47,112 nt of DNA from Gemmatimonadales bacterium (GCA_041577295.1 JBFGJG010000032.1:1-47112), one strand, 5' to 3'; counted from the first letter of the stretch, positions 1 through 9,513 are shown. Translations and numbers: made by a program. The notes: generated from the letters alone by a model not told the origin.

Positions 1-209
1 TAATCGTGGCCGCTGTTTGAATAGCCGGGCGGCGTATATACGGCCACTTCGATCTGGGAAGATTCACCGATGAGGTTCTGCCCGATCGCTCGAGATAGGA
101 CGTGCTCGACTCGCAGAGCACCCGATTGCGCACGTAGCGGCGCGTGCGCGATCCCGATGGTCATGGCGAGGACCACAATCAACCGCTGCACCAATCGAAG
201 CTTGCTCAC
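1..209 (-). CDS. Secreted esterase / alpha-beta hydrolase, N-terminal part only (runs off window edge)
   Basis: Not in ORF track. GTG at 209 overlaps the TetR stop; reads MSKLRLVQRLIVVLAMTIGIAHAPLRAQ (signal peptide) ... SRAIGQNLIGESSQIEVAVYTPPGY, like the N-terminus of enterochelin-esterase-type hydrolases. Confidence 0.6.
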   Translation of the reverse strand, partial: MSKLRLVQRLIVVLAMTIGIAHAPLRAQSGALRVEHVLSRAIGQNLIGESSQIEVAVYTPPGYSNSGHD

Positions 210-796
210 GCGGCCGCCCGTGCCGCGTCGAACACGAAGGCGATCCGGCGTCGTAACGCATCCCGCAACTCGATTTCGACTCCGAGTGCCCATGTAGTCA
301 TCGTGGAGCTCAGGACGGCTGCGATCATCGAAAGCAAGGTGCCGCGATCAACGTCGGCCTTGAGCTCACCAGTGGCGATCCCCCTGTCGACCCACTCTGC
401 AAACCAGGTGACAAAGCGTTTGGAGTTTTTCAGGTCGGCCCTGAGCAAAATGGGACTCGCAAAGATCTTCCGTACCACAATCTGCCCTATTGGGGGATCC
501 TTCTCCACCCAGTCCGCACAAATCATCACACAACTGAAGACCGCCTCCTCGCATCCTTGGAACTCACGACCTTCGACCCGACCCAGTATCCACCCGGTCA
601 TGCGGTCGTGGTACTCGGCCAAGACGTGGTCCTTCGTGGGGAAATAGTTGAAGAACGTGCCCTTCGACGTACCGGCGGAGGCGACGATCTCATCCACAGT
701 GACCCCGTCGTATCCGCGCTCACGAAACAGGCGAATCGCGGTTTCATAAATGCGAGTCCGTTTGCCACGTTTCTGCAGTTCGCGCAGCGAGGCCAT
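206..796 (-). CDS. TetR/AcrR family transcriptional regulator
   Basis: HTH motif IYETAIRLFRERGYDGVTVDEIVASAGTSKGTFFNYFPTK; ATG at 796. Confidence 0.95.
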   Translation of the reverse strand: MASLRELQKRGKRTRIYETAIRLFRERGYDGVTVDEIVASAGTSKGTFFNYFPTKDHVLAEYHDRMTGWILGRVEGREFQGCEEAVFSCVMICADWVEKDPPIGQIVVRKIFASPILLRADLKNSKRFVTWFAEWVDRGIATGELKADVDRGTLLSMIAAVLSSTMTTWALGVEIELRDALRRRIAFVFDAARAAA

Positions 797-811
797 CAAC
801 AACCCGCGAAG

Positions 812-1666
812 CTACCGCTGTCCAAAGGTCGCGAACTCGATCAAACGAAGCGTTCCGATCTCCGTAGTCTCCTCCGATTCGAGATCCATTGGCCGCTTGC
901 CGAGGAGATAGGGCGGCCGCTCGATGACGAAGTTTTGCATGACGCGGGCGTTGGTCATTCCAAGCGGGTAGCTCACGACCCACGCGCGGTGCTCGCTACC
1001 GAACTGCGTCCGAACGCTCTCTTGCCCCGATACATGGAACGGCCTGGCGCCCAGAATGTTTGACGCTGCAGGCGCGTCTGCTGGTGCGAACCGGATCCGC
1101 TGCCCAACATCGAGCGCCATCGAACCCACGATCCAAAGCGCCGGCGCACCGAGTTGAGGCATCGGCACCTCCAAAGGTTGCACACTCCCTTCGCCGGTCG
1201 CAGCATCCACCCGTGTTGCGCGAATGGGAGCCTCATCGGCGTGAATCAGCAGATAGTCCTTTGCGGTCCCGGGCACCGGGGTGATCTGCATGAGGAGTCG
1301 CTGGTCGTCCTCTGCAAACACACGGGTCTGGACGCGCGCCGAGGTATCGTTGTAGTCGAGATTCCCGGCATCGATCAGCGAGACCATGATCGCACCAGTC
1401 TCACCCCACGCCACTCGCTCCGCCATAATGATCACCCGGTCATCTCGCTGCCGCCCCTGCGCGTCGCGATACACGCGCTCGTATACGGCGCGAAACGGCT
1501 GGAAGTTCTTCAGCGCGATGTCTCCGGGTGACACGGCTGGCCAGGTCTCCGCATCGGCGAACACAGCCTTGGTTCGGTGGAAAGCCTGCGAATGCGCGTC
1601 TTGTGCGCCCCCAAGCGTGACGCAGGCTGTAACGATCAAGGTGAGCGGTACAGGTCGCTTCTCCAT
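812..1666 (-). CDS. Exported hypothetical protein
   Basis: GGAGG RBS, signal peptide ending AHS-Q, 284 aa, first gene of operon with TetR. Confidence 0.75.
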   Translation of the reverse strand: MEKRPVPLTLIVTACVTLGGAQDAHSQAFHRTKAVFADAETWPAVSPGDIALKNFQPFRAVYERVYRDAQGRQRDDRVIIMAERVAWGETGAIMVSLIDAGNLDYNDTSARVQTRVFAEDDQRLLMQITPVPGTAKDYLLIHADEAPIRATRVDAATGEGSVQPLEVPMPQLGAPALWIVGSMALDVGQRIRFAPADAPAASNILGARPFHVSGQESVRTQFGSEHRAWVVSYPLGMTNARVMQNFVIERPPYLLGKRPMDLESEETTEIGTLRLIEFATFGQR

Positions 1667-1724
1667 GATTCCTCCCGGTGCGTGGCGAAGCGGGAAATCA
1701 ATCCCGTCTCATCGTGTAACAAAC

Positions 1725-1765
1725 TGACTATAGTCATTATTATCGCTAATAGTGATTTATTGCAA
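1725..1765 (-). promoter_or_regulatory. Sigma-70-like promoter with putative TetR operator
   Basis: Minus strand TTGCAA(1765-1760)-N17-TAATAA(1742-1737), immediately followed by the perfect palindrome TGACTATAGTCA (1725-1736), in an AT-rich island. Confidence 0.6.
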
Positions 1766-1836
1766 GGGATTGCAGCGCAGTGGTCGGACGATGATGCCGT
1801 GGCTCTGAGGGTTGCGGATCCGGTGGACCGGGCCAA

Positions 1837-1868
1837 TGTCACACCGGCGGCTGTTTGCGTCTCTAATA
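1837..1868 (+). promoter_or_regulatory. Candidate ECF-sigma promoter
   Basis: TGTCACA-N14-CGTCTCTAATA upstream of the SRPBCC/ECF sigma pair; resembles TGTCACA...CGTC ECF promoters but spacer is short. Confidence 0.4.
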
Positions 1869-1910
1869 GGGGTGACAGTCACAGCAACAACGACCCGAAG
1901 GGAGACTCGT

Positions 1911-2447
1911 ATGACGCGTGCGGCCAATCCCAAAGTTGCCACTGCCGGAAGTACCGCGGAGGTACCGGCCGTGAGTTCCCTCGTCACAAGCCCCCTGCGC
2001 AACCGCATACGGGTGCGGTTGGGGGCTCCGGTGGAGGAGGTCTGGGCGCTTGTGGGCGATCACACGAAGCTGCCCGAGTACAGCGCCGGCATTGCCCGGA
2101 CCGATCTCGTTACGCAGCCGTCGGGACAGTTTCGCGTCTGCCATTTCCGCGCCGCACCTGGAGTTCCCGAGGGCAGTGTGGTAAGGGAGCGAGTGCGCTG
2201 GTATGCTCTGGGACGGGGATACGCGACCAGCGCGGAGCCGGGCAACGGATTCGGACTCGAGAACGACCTCGGACTGGTGACTGTCGAGCCTGACGGCACC
2301 GGGACGTTGTTTACGTGGGATCAGCACTATGACTGCGAGATGCTCGACGAGCTGAGGGCCTCCTTCAATGAGGGCTTGGCCGACATCGCGAATCGCCTGA
2401 TCCAGCGCTTCGGGGGAGAGGTAGTCGAGCGTTACGTCGACCGCTGA
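1911..2447 (+). CDS. SRPBCC (polyketide cyclase-like) family protein
   Basis: GGGAG RBS; APVEEVWALVGD...LPEY motif; C-terminal helix FNEGLADIA. Confidence 0.85.
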   Translation: MTRAANPKVATAGSTAEVPAVSSLVTSPLRNRIRVRLGAPVEEVWALVGDHTKLPEYSAGIARTDLVTQPSGQFRVCHFRAAPGVPEGSVVRERVRWYALGRGYATSAEPGNGFGLENDLGLVTVEPDGTGTLFTWDQHYDCEMLDELRASFNEGLADIANRLIQRFGGEVVERYVDR

Positions 2448-2490
2448 TCGTCGTTGGTCACCGGGCACCGATACAGAGAGTTCACGCGAA

Positions 2491-3414
2491 ATGGCACGCC
2501 AGCCGTCCTCGACCGACGAGCCAGAGAACCAAACCCAACAGGCCCCGGCAGATCTGGATGGGCTTGCACGCCGTGCCGCGGATGGGGAGCGCCGCGCACT
2601 GGAGGAGGTCTGTCGCGGCATCCAGGACCTCGTCTACCGGCTCGCGCTGCGCTTCCTCTCCGACCCGGACGATGCGGAGGACGCAACCCAAGAGATCCTG
2701 ATCCAGGTCGTTACCCATCTCGGTGGATTTCAAGGGCGGAGTCGGTTCACCACGTGGGTCTACCGCATCGCAAGCCGCTACCTGTTGAGGGCGAAGCGAA
2801 GGCGTGTCGAGTCTTCCATGACAGATCCGAGTGCGTTTGCCGAGTGGCTCGACACACACTTGGCGCCCGACCCATACGAGGCGACGAGTGAATTCGAGTA
2901 CCGGGAGTTGTGCGAGGAAGTGCGGATCGGCTGTACCTACGGCATGCTCCTCACCCTCTCACGGGAGCTTCGCATCGCCTACATCCTTGGGGATCTTCTC
3001 GAGATGACCGACAAGGAGGGTGCAGAGGCACTGGAAATCACGCGAGCCGCGTTCCGTAAGCGGGTCGAGCGTGCACGAGCGAAGGTAAGACCGATGCTCG
3101 CGGGTCGGTGCAGTGTGGTGGACCCCACAGGTTCGTGTTCGTGCAGTCGTCAGATCGCGTCCAGCCTCGAGTGTGGGCTCATTGCCGACACCGGACCGGT
3201 GTTCGTCGCGCTGCGGCGTGGCACGTCAGCTCACGAAACCGTGAACGGTGTCGAGCTGGGGCTTCTGAGCCGGGCCGCTGCGCAGCTCGACATCGCGGAG
3301 CGATTTGCTCAGGTGTTTCGCAACGAGCGGCAGTTTCAGGCGCCGCTGCGCGTTCTCGAGGAGCTGCGGCGCTCCTGTCCCGACCTGCTCGGACCAGGCG
3401 GCGAAGGCGAGTAA
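2491..3414 (+). CDS. ECF RNA polymerase sigma factor with Cys-rich C-terminal extension
   Basis: Region 2 DAEDATQEILI...FTTWVYRIA; region 4 EGAEALEITRAAFRKRVERAR; extension CSVVDPTGSCSC. Confidence 0.92.
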   Translation: MARQPSSTDEPENQTQQAPADLDGLARRAADGERRALEEVCRGIQDLVYRLALRFLSDPDDAEDATQEILIQVVTHLGGFQGRSRFTTWVYRIASRYLLRAKRRRVESSMTDPSAFAEWLDTHLAPDPYEATSEFEYRELCEEVRIGCTYGMLLTLSRELRIAYILGDLLEMTDKEGAEALEITRAAFRKRVERARAKVRPMLAGRCSVVDPTGSCSCSRQIASSLECGLIADTGPVFVALRRGTSAHETVNGVELGLLSRAAAQLDIAERFAQVFRNERQFQAPLRVLEELRRSCPDLLGPGGEGE

Positions 3415-3591
3415 GGAGGACTCGTCACAGCGGCTCGCCGGACCTAACGCCCACGGGTGGGCCTCGACAAGCTCCTGCCGACGACGCACACTGGCATGAC
3501 CGACCGCCTCGAGGCGCCAACGAACATGGCAAGCCGTAAACGATCCCGATGCGGCCCAGGGACACGCCACCCAAAACCGGGAGATCACAAC

Positions 3592-3825
3592 TTGCCACGG
3601 GGAACGAAGAAGACACGCGATGTACAGCGAGATTACCCTGCAACACAATTCGTAGCCAAGCTCCGCCGGCTTGCCGATTGCATTGAGCAAGGCAAGCGCT
3701 TCCGTATTCAGATCGCCGGAGAGCGGATCTCGATACCCCCAAACGCTACGATCAATTTGGAACACGAGCGTGGAGCCAGGAAGGAGGAGATCGAGTTCCA
3801 GCTCACGTGGCGGCTGGATAGGTAA
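3592..3825 (+). CDS. amphi-Trp domain protein
   Basis: FVAKLRRLADCIEQGKRFRIQIAGERI...IEFQLTW; TTG start after GGGAG (start uncertain). Confidence 0.8.
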   Translation: MPRGTKKTRDVQRDYPATQFVAKLRRLADCIEQGKRFRIQIAGERISIPPNATINLEHERGARKEEIEFQLTWRLDR

Positions 3826-3857
3826 ACAAGAGCGACACCCCGAGTCTAGGAGGCGTC

Positions 3858-4304
3858 ATGGAATCGCTTCGTGACCCGGCTGCTCGCGCGGCCATCGTGG
3901 CGCGGGTGACGACGCTAGGCCCCAAAAGTCGACGGCTGTGGGGCCGGATGAATATCGGCCAGATGTTGTGTCACGTCGCCGATCAGTTGCGAATGGCGCT
4001 TCGTGATATCCCAACAAGCCGACCAGCCGGACCGCTCCGGCTCGCACCGATACGTTACTTGCTGATCCATGTCCTACCCTGGCCGCGCGGACGAGCACGG
4101 GCACCGGCTGAGGCGTTTACGACGAGCGCGACGGATTGGGAAGCCGATAAAACCAAGGTGGTAGAGCTCATCGAGCGGTTCGGTCGCGCGAGCGACGCAG
4201 ACCTGGCACCAACAAATCCGGTGTTTGGTCGGTTGACGGGTCACGATTGGGGGGTGCTGTCGTATCGGCATTTGGACCACCACCTACGTCAGTTCGGAGG
4301 CTGA
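3858..4304 (+). CDS. DinB-like / DUF1569 family protein
   Basis: WGRMNIGQMLCHV ... FGRLTGHDWGVLSYRHLDHHLRQFG; AGGAGG RBS. Confidence 0.9.
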   Translation: MESLRDPAARAAIVARVTTLGPKSRRLWGRMNIGQMLCHVADQLRMALRDIPTSRPAGPLRLAPIRYLLIHVLPWPRGRARAPAEAFTTSATDWEADKTKVVELIERFGRASDADLAPTNPVFGRLTGHDWGVLSYRHLDHHLRQFGG

Positions 4305-4312
4305 CGAAGGCG

Positions 4313-4825
4313 GTGGGCAACAAGTGTATCGTTGCTTTTGCCGCAGCCATGTTGTTGCTGCCGGTTCCGCTTCAGGGGCAGGAGGATACCCGCCATCACG
4401 TGATGCTCTCCGAAACACACCGCGGGGCATGCGACTATCAGAAATGGCTCACGCAGCATCCGAGCTTCGCGAGTGGACGGCCCCTCGTGCACCGAGACAG
4501 TCTGGGAGAGTTTCCGGCGCCCCGGACCTTCGTGCAACCTCGTCCTCCTAGGCAGTTTCGACATGGATGGCAGGCGACGATTCTGTTGACAATGGTGCTC
4601 GACAGCACCGGCACCGTGCGGCACGTCGACGCGGTCTATGTGGACGTGTATCCACCAACCATTAGGCCGGACTCCGCGGCTGTTGCGGAGGCGGCAGACG
4701 CGTTTGCTAAAGCCGCCATCGATGCCAGTGAGCGCACGCCTTTCACGCCAGGTCGCGTGCGGGATTGGCCGGTATGGACCTGGCAGTGCATCCCGTGGGG
4801 CTTTCAACACACCGTCCGGGAATGA
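4313..4825 (+). CDS. Exported protein with TonB C-terminal-like domain
   Basis: Signal peptide; LTMVLDSTGTVRHV...FAKAAIDA...FTPGRVRDWPV pattern. Confidence 0.55.
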   Translation: MGNKCIVAFAAAMLLLPVPLQGQEDTRHHVMLSETHRGACDYQKWLTQHPSFASGRPLVHRDSLGEFPAPRTFVQPRPPRQFRHGWQATILLTMVLDSTGTVRHVDAVYVDVYPPTIRPDSAAVAEAADAFAKAAIDASERTPFTPGRVRDWPVWTWQCIPWGFQHTVRE

Positions 4826-4914
4826 CGAGCCGGACGCCAGGCGGTGGAACTCGAGATCCCCCTTTTGCCGAACGTGCGTTTGCCGATTGGTCCCGCGCCG
4901 AATAACCTGGTCCG

Positions 4915-5180
4915 ATGAGTGAAGACGTTTGGAGCATGTTGCTGGCACCCGCGGCGCTTTTGCTCCTGCTGGCCATTGCGCTGGTTTTGACGTGTACCCG
5001 ACCGACGAGTCACGTTGACGTCAGCGCTCGAACAAAGCTCGTCGAGGTCTTTCTGATCGGCATTGCCGTTCAATGCACACACTTCGTCGAAGAATTCGTC
5101 ACCGGCGTGGCCTTTGGCCTCATGGTCGTTTATCTGATCATCAAGGCCGTCCGGGCAGGACCGTGTCAGCTATCTGAGGT
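4915..5180 (+). pseudogene. Internally deleted HXXEE-type membrane protein remnant
   Basis: IAVQCTHFVEEFVTG motif followed abruptly by one TM segment and then non-protein-like sequence. Confidence 0.45.
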
Positions 5181-5727
5181 TGGGCCAGAAGACAACTGCG
5201 AGGGGGCTAGACATCAAGTTCGATCACGAGGACGACCCGTGGGCGGAGGCAACCCTCCTGGCTTCAGGGGTACGAGAGCCCCTTCGCAACACGCTCGCCC
5301 ACCGGTTCACGGTACGCCTGGGTGGTGACTTCGAAACACACCATGTACATACGTCCGGTCACGTGTTTCGCGTGAGGCTCCGCGGAACTGGCTCTGTCGT
5401 GGGGAAGGATGTGTTGATTTTGATGAAGGTCGCTGGCGACGGACTCGCCTTACGGGGCAACGATCGAGAACGATGACGATACCGACGCCGCAGTTGGCGA
5501 CTGCATCGAGATCGAGTGGGCTGAGATCCTTCGCGTTCGATGATCCGCATAAACGTACACGCAACGCCCATGGTTCGGTCGTGCGGAGACGTCGTACGAT
5601 GCTTGATGCGGCTTAACTCGGTAGAACTGAACTGCAACCCACGTTCCACATGGGACAAGACACTAGCAGGAACCACACGATGGCCGACCGGTACTTATTG
5701 CGAAAAGCTGCGGACTCGAGTCCAGAG

Positions 5728-6603
5728 ATGCGATACCTATTTGCCGTACTCGCCGTTGCCCTCAGCTGCGGGACAGAAGCCGGAACCCGTCCCTTCATCC
5801 CCGAGGTACTCGCCCAAGGCACGGGTGAAGTCTTTCGCGGTACCTTCTCGCCGTCAGGAACTGAGTTTTACTTCTTTCGAAAGGTCACCCCCGGTGAGGG
5901 AGATTACCGCGTCTTCCGAACGACCTATGAGAGCGACGCGTGGGGCTCCCCGGAGATGTTGCCACTCGGCGACGGCGCGGCGTCGACCATGTATCCGGTC
6001 GTATCTCCGGATGAGCAGTTGCTCGTCATGACGTCCTACCGTGACATCGGCGACGGATTTGAGAGTGCCAATCTGTGGGCGTCCACACGACAAGGCGGCG
6101 ACTGGGATGACCCCAAACCACTGCTGGGCGTTTCCACGCCCGAGAACTACGACGCGAGTCCATGGTTCGGTCCGTCCGGTGACCTGAGGTTCACCAGCAC
6201 GTCGCCGGACTGGAGCACAACCTGGTACCGGAAGTCGGTGTCGACGCAGGTACCGTTCGAGGCGTGGGAAGAAGACCCACTTTGGCCCGCCCTTGCAGCC
6301 GGCCTCGTCGGCCACCATCTATGGTCCGGTATTCTTCATCCGACGGGCACGCTTGCCGTTGCAGAGGTATCGGTGCGAAACGCAGATGGCACACTCGGTC
6401 CCTCCGACCTATGGGTGGCACGTGCAGATGGAGATGATTGGGGCTCGCTACACCCTCTTAGTTCGGAGATCAACACTGAGGGCAACGAAAACTTCCCGAC
6501 GTTTACTCCCGACGGCACTTCGCTCGTGTTTGTGAGAGATTTCGCGGCGTTCTTTCTCGTTGACGTCACCCGTGTTATCCCAAATGCACAACGGGTCCGG
6601 TAG
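5728..6603 (+). CDS. TolB-like / PD40 repeat beta-propeller lipoprotein
   Basis: Lipobox-like ALSC; repeats TFSPSGTEFYF, PVVSPDEQLLVMTS, INTEGNENFPTFTPDGTSLVF. Confidence 0.85.
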   Translation: MRYLFAVLAVALSCGTEAGTRPFIPEVLAQGTGEVFRGTFSPSGTEFYFFRKVTPGEGDYRVFRTTYESDAWGSPEMLPLGDGAASTMYPVVSPDEQLLVMTSYRDIGDGFESANLWASTRQGGDWDDPKPLLGVSTPENYDASPWFGPSGDLRFTSTSPDWSTTWYRKSVSTQVPFEAWEEDPLWPALAAGLVGHHLWSGILHPTGTLAVAEVSVRNADGTLGPSDLWVARADGDDWGSLHPLSSEINTEGNENFPTFTPDGTSLVFVRDFAAFFLVDVTRVIPNAQRVR

Positions 6604-6712
6604 AATCTGTTGATGAACGAGCGCCCTTCGCCTGACCTGATCAGCACGAACTATGAAGCTCCGGGTCCAGGAAAACCGGAAGGGACCCGCAACAGCCGGG
6701 AGGAAGTAGCAC

Positions 6713-7327
6713 GTGAGCGCTAGATCTCCTGCCCTCCTTCTTGTCGATGTGCAGCAGGGGTTTGACGAGCCTCGCTGGGGGATGCGCAACAATCCGCACG
6801 CCGAGCAACAGATCGGTGCACTCCTCGCCGCATGGCGCCAAGCGAAGTTGCCGATCATCCACGTGCAGCACCTGTCGCAGGAACCAGATTCGCCATTACG
6901 TGCAGAGGTACGGGGCAACGCCTTCAAGCCGGAAGCGCTACCGCGGGACGGTGAACCGGTCTTTCAAAAGACGGTCAACAGCGCGTTCATCGGCACCACA
7001 CTCGCATCCCACTTGCAGAGCGAGGGGATTGATGCGCTGGTGATCGTCGGCCTCACGACCGATCACTGCGTCTCGACCACGGCCCGGATGGCCGGGAACC
7101 TCGGGTTCGACGTCGTGGTGGTCGAGGACGCAACTGCCACGTTTGATCGCGTGGGTCCGGACGGGGTTCACTACTCCGCAGAAGAGATGCATCGCCTCGC
7201 GCTCGCGAGTTTGCACGGTGAGTTTGCTCGAGTGCTTTCTGCTCGGGAAGTTCTCGCGCGGCTCCACACCGCCCCTCCCCGCTTGCCGCTCAAGGTTCAT
7301 ACTCCTGCACCTCGTGAGTTCAGTTAA
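6713..7327 (+). CDS. Isochorismatase-family cysteine hydrolase
   Basis: ALLLVDVQQGF, KTVNSAF, GLTTDHCVSTTAR catalytic motifs. Confidence 0.95.
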   Translation: MSARSPALLLVDVQQGFDEPRWGMRNNPHAEQQIGALLAAWRQAKLPIIHVQHLSQEPDSPLRAEVRGNAFKPEALPRDGEPVFQKTVNSAFIGTTLASHLQSEGIDALVIVGLTTDHCVSTTARMAGNLGFDVVVVEDATATFDRVGPDGVHYSAEEMHRLALASLHGEFARVLSAREVLARLHTAPPRLPLKVHTPAPREFS

Positions 7328-7436
7328 TTGAAGATTGACGAAAGCACTGCGGCCATCTGACGGCTGCGCATTTGTGCACCTGCGTAAGTCTGTGCACTTT
7401 AGTGCAGCCCGCTGGCCTTTAGACAGGAGACTCGAG

Positions 7437-7799
7437 ATGGAATGGCTGGTAATCGCAAGTCAGGTGGTGGTTGCGCTCGGTCTGTTGAATGTGTGGCTAC
7501 TCCGTGCCGGAAAGCCCACCGAGTGGCGTGGTGGTGACGCGCAGAACATGCGGGAGGAGTTCGCCGTCTATGGCCTCCCTCCGTGGTTTATGAGGGTGAT
7601 CGGAACCTTGAAGATCACGCTCGCGCTGCTGTTACTGGTCGGGCTCGCGGTTCCAGTCCTCACGAAGCCCGCCGCCATCGGCGTTGCCGTCTTGATGCTC
7701 GGTGCAGTCGCGATGCATTTCAAGGTGGGAGATCCGGTGAAGCGAGCGTTGCCCGCCTCATCGCTGCTCGCGTTGTCGACCCTCATCGCCGTGGTTTAG
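7437..7799 (+). CDS. DoxX family membrane protein
   Basis: AGGAG RBS; MREEFAVYGLP...LMLGAVAMHFKVGDP; four TM segments. Confidence 0.9.
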   Translation: MEWLVIASQVVVALGLLNVWLLRAGKPTEWRGGDAQNMREEFAVYGLPPWFMRVIGTLKITLALLLLVGLAVPVLTKPAAIGVAVLMLGAVAMHFKVGDPVKRALPASSLLALSTLIAVV

Positions 7800-7819
7800 G
7801 CTCGGACAACCCAATCTCA

Positions 7820-8521
7820 GTGTCATACGGTCCTGCTGATGCCTCGCGCGATCTGCAATTGATCCGCGAGGGGCGAGCCAAGTTCGAGGATCGTGCCAGG
7901 CTCGAGCATCACCTCCTGAACATACTTCGGCGAGACGGAATCGCTGCATTCCGCGCTTTCCTTGCGGGCGTTCCCGACCATGAGTTTCGCCCCGCGCATG
8001 ACGCCCCACCGTCAGACCAACTGGAGCTTATCAGCCGAGGAGATGGCCCGAGGTATCTCGTGGTTACCGCCTGTGTGGGTGAGCACATTGCGTCTGTCAA
8101 CGTCACCGTTGCGGATGGATCGCAGTTCACAGCGACACCGGACCCGCGACATGAGACCTTCTACGAGCATTGGGAAAGCCTCTTGGGAATTGGCGACGAC
8201 GAAGCGGCTGAGCTCGACCCCAAGCAAAAGGCTGTGTTTCTCGTAGGCCTTCTCGAAGCAGAAGTGATGAACGGCGGACTCGGTCAGTACTTGTCGAACA
8301 CCGAGGGCGTGTATCTCAGCGAAACGGTGCAGTGTCTCGCGGAAATCGGTGCTGACAAAACCCGTGCTCTCCTCATCGAAGCCGGTAAGCTCGGGACGGG
8401 TGAGGAATCCTATGTAGCCGCGTGGGCCTCTAGATCGGCAGAGTTTGAACGGCTAGACGAACTGTTCTTGAATTCTGGTGAGGACCTTGCCCTGCTGACA
8501 GTTGAGCGATTCTTCGAGTAA
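7820..8521 (+). CDS. DMP19/DUF4375 domain protein (start uncertain, may be 5'-truncated)
   Basis: C-terminal LLEAEVMNGGLGQYLSN...LAEIGA...FERLDELF motif. Confidence 0.7.
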   Translation: MSYGPADASRDLQLIREGRAKFEDRARLEHHLLNILRRDGIAAFRAFLAGVPDHEFRPAHDAPPSDQLELISRGDGPRYLVVTACVGEHIASVNVTVADGSQFTATPDPRHETFYEHWESLLGIGDDEAAELDPKQKAVFLVGLLEAEVMNGGLGQYLSNTEGVYLSETVQCLAEIGADKTRALLIEAGKLGTGEESYVAAWASRSAEFERLDELFLNSGEDLALLTVERFFE

Positions 8522-8581
8522 AGGCAACGGGGACTGTGCGGCGATCCAGGATCGTCTGCTGCTGGAACGACTGGAGGCTCG

Positions 8582-8750
8582 ATGCGCTCGGAAATCATCA
8601 CAAAGCGGGATGACCTCGTGATCCGCAGGCTAGTGCTGGAACCCGGGGAGAGGATGCCCTGGCACACGGACCCGTGCCATCGATTCTCGGTTGTGGTCCG
8701 CGGTGAACAACTCCATCTCGACTTTTTCGAAACGGGTGAGCACGTGCCGA
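8582..8750 (+). pseudogene. 5' half of a cupin gene
   Basis: GGAGG RBS; RRLVLEPGERMPWHTDPCHRFSVVVRG (cupin motif 1); motif 2 missing. Confidence 0.6.
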
Positions 8751-8930
8751 GGCCGTCGGCTCTACGTGACCAACAGCGGGATGGGTGTGTTCGATTCACC
8801 GGACGCCGAGTTTCGGATAGAGCTCGTCAACGTCGGACCGAAAGGCATAGCTGTCGACAGCGGGTTCGCTATCGATTTCGACCGATTGCCCACCGGTCAG
8901 GCTCGGCCGCATGACATGCTCCTCAGGTAG
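8751..8930 (+). pseudogene. 3' remnant of an SBP56 / methanethiol oxidase-like gene
   Basis: RRLYVTNS...VDSGFAIDFDRLPTGQARPHDMLLR-stop resembles the SBP56 C-terminus; no start codon context. Confidence 0.55.
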
Positions 8931-9048
8931 TCCCTGTGTAAGTCCTTCCTGAGTACGAGGTGATCGAGACGGCGGTGGGTTGTGCACCGCTCGGTTGCGG
9001 CACAACGTTGCGTCACCATTCCTGCAACTCACAAGGAGTGCTGGATTG

Positions 9049-9513
9049 ATGTCTGACTCCGACTTCGTGTCCAATCACCGCGTGCGCACCTTCTTCTACG
9101 GTTCATACATGAACCCGGATGTCCTCCGCCAGATCGACATCACGCTGGACCAGGTGGAGGTGGCCTGGTTACCCAATTTCGATATCACCATTCGCCCGCT
9201 GGCCAACCTGGTCCGATCCCATGGAGACGCGGTCTACGGCATCGTCGGCCGCCTCTCACACGCCGACCTCCGGCGGCTCTACCAGCACGCGCGAGACGAG
9301 CTCGGCGGCGTGTACCTGCCCGAGGCGGTCGTCGCGCAGACGACCGATGGCGGAGGGGTACCCGCCCTCTGCTACATCGCGCCACTATTAAAGGAAGGAC
9401 AACCGTCCCGTGCGTACGTGACCCATATTCTGGATGCGGCGCATCGCTACAAGTTCCCAGCATGGTACGTAGCACAGATTGAACGCTTCCGACCACGGAG
9501 AGACGCCGGCTGA
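9049..9513 (+). CDS. Gamma-glutamylcyclotransferase family protein
   Basis: FFYGSYMN motif; PSRAYVTHILDAA...FPAWYV; AAGGAG RBS. Confidence 0.85.
   Translation: MSDSDFVSNHRVRTFFYGSYMNPDVLRQIDITLDQVEVAWLPNFDITIRPLANLVRSHGDAVYGIVGRLSHADLRRLYQHARDELGGVYLPEAVVAQTTDGGGVPALCYIAPLLKEGQPSRAYVTHILDAAHRYKFPAWYVAQIERFRPRRDAG

Noticed and set aside
5180..5476. 98-aa ORF after the HXXEE remnant
   Set aside because: No RBS or recognisable motif; may be another fragment but cannot be supported
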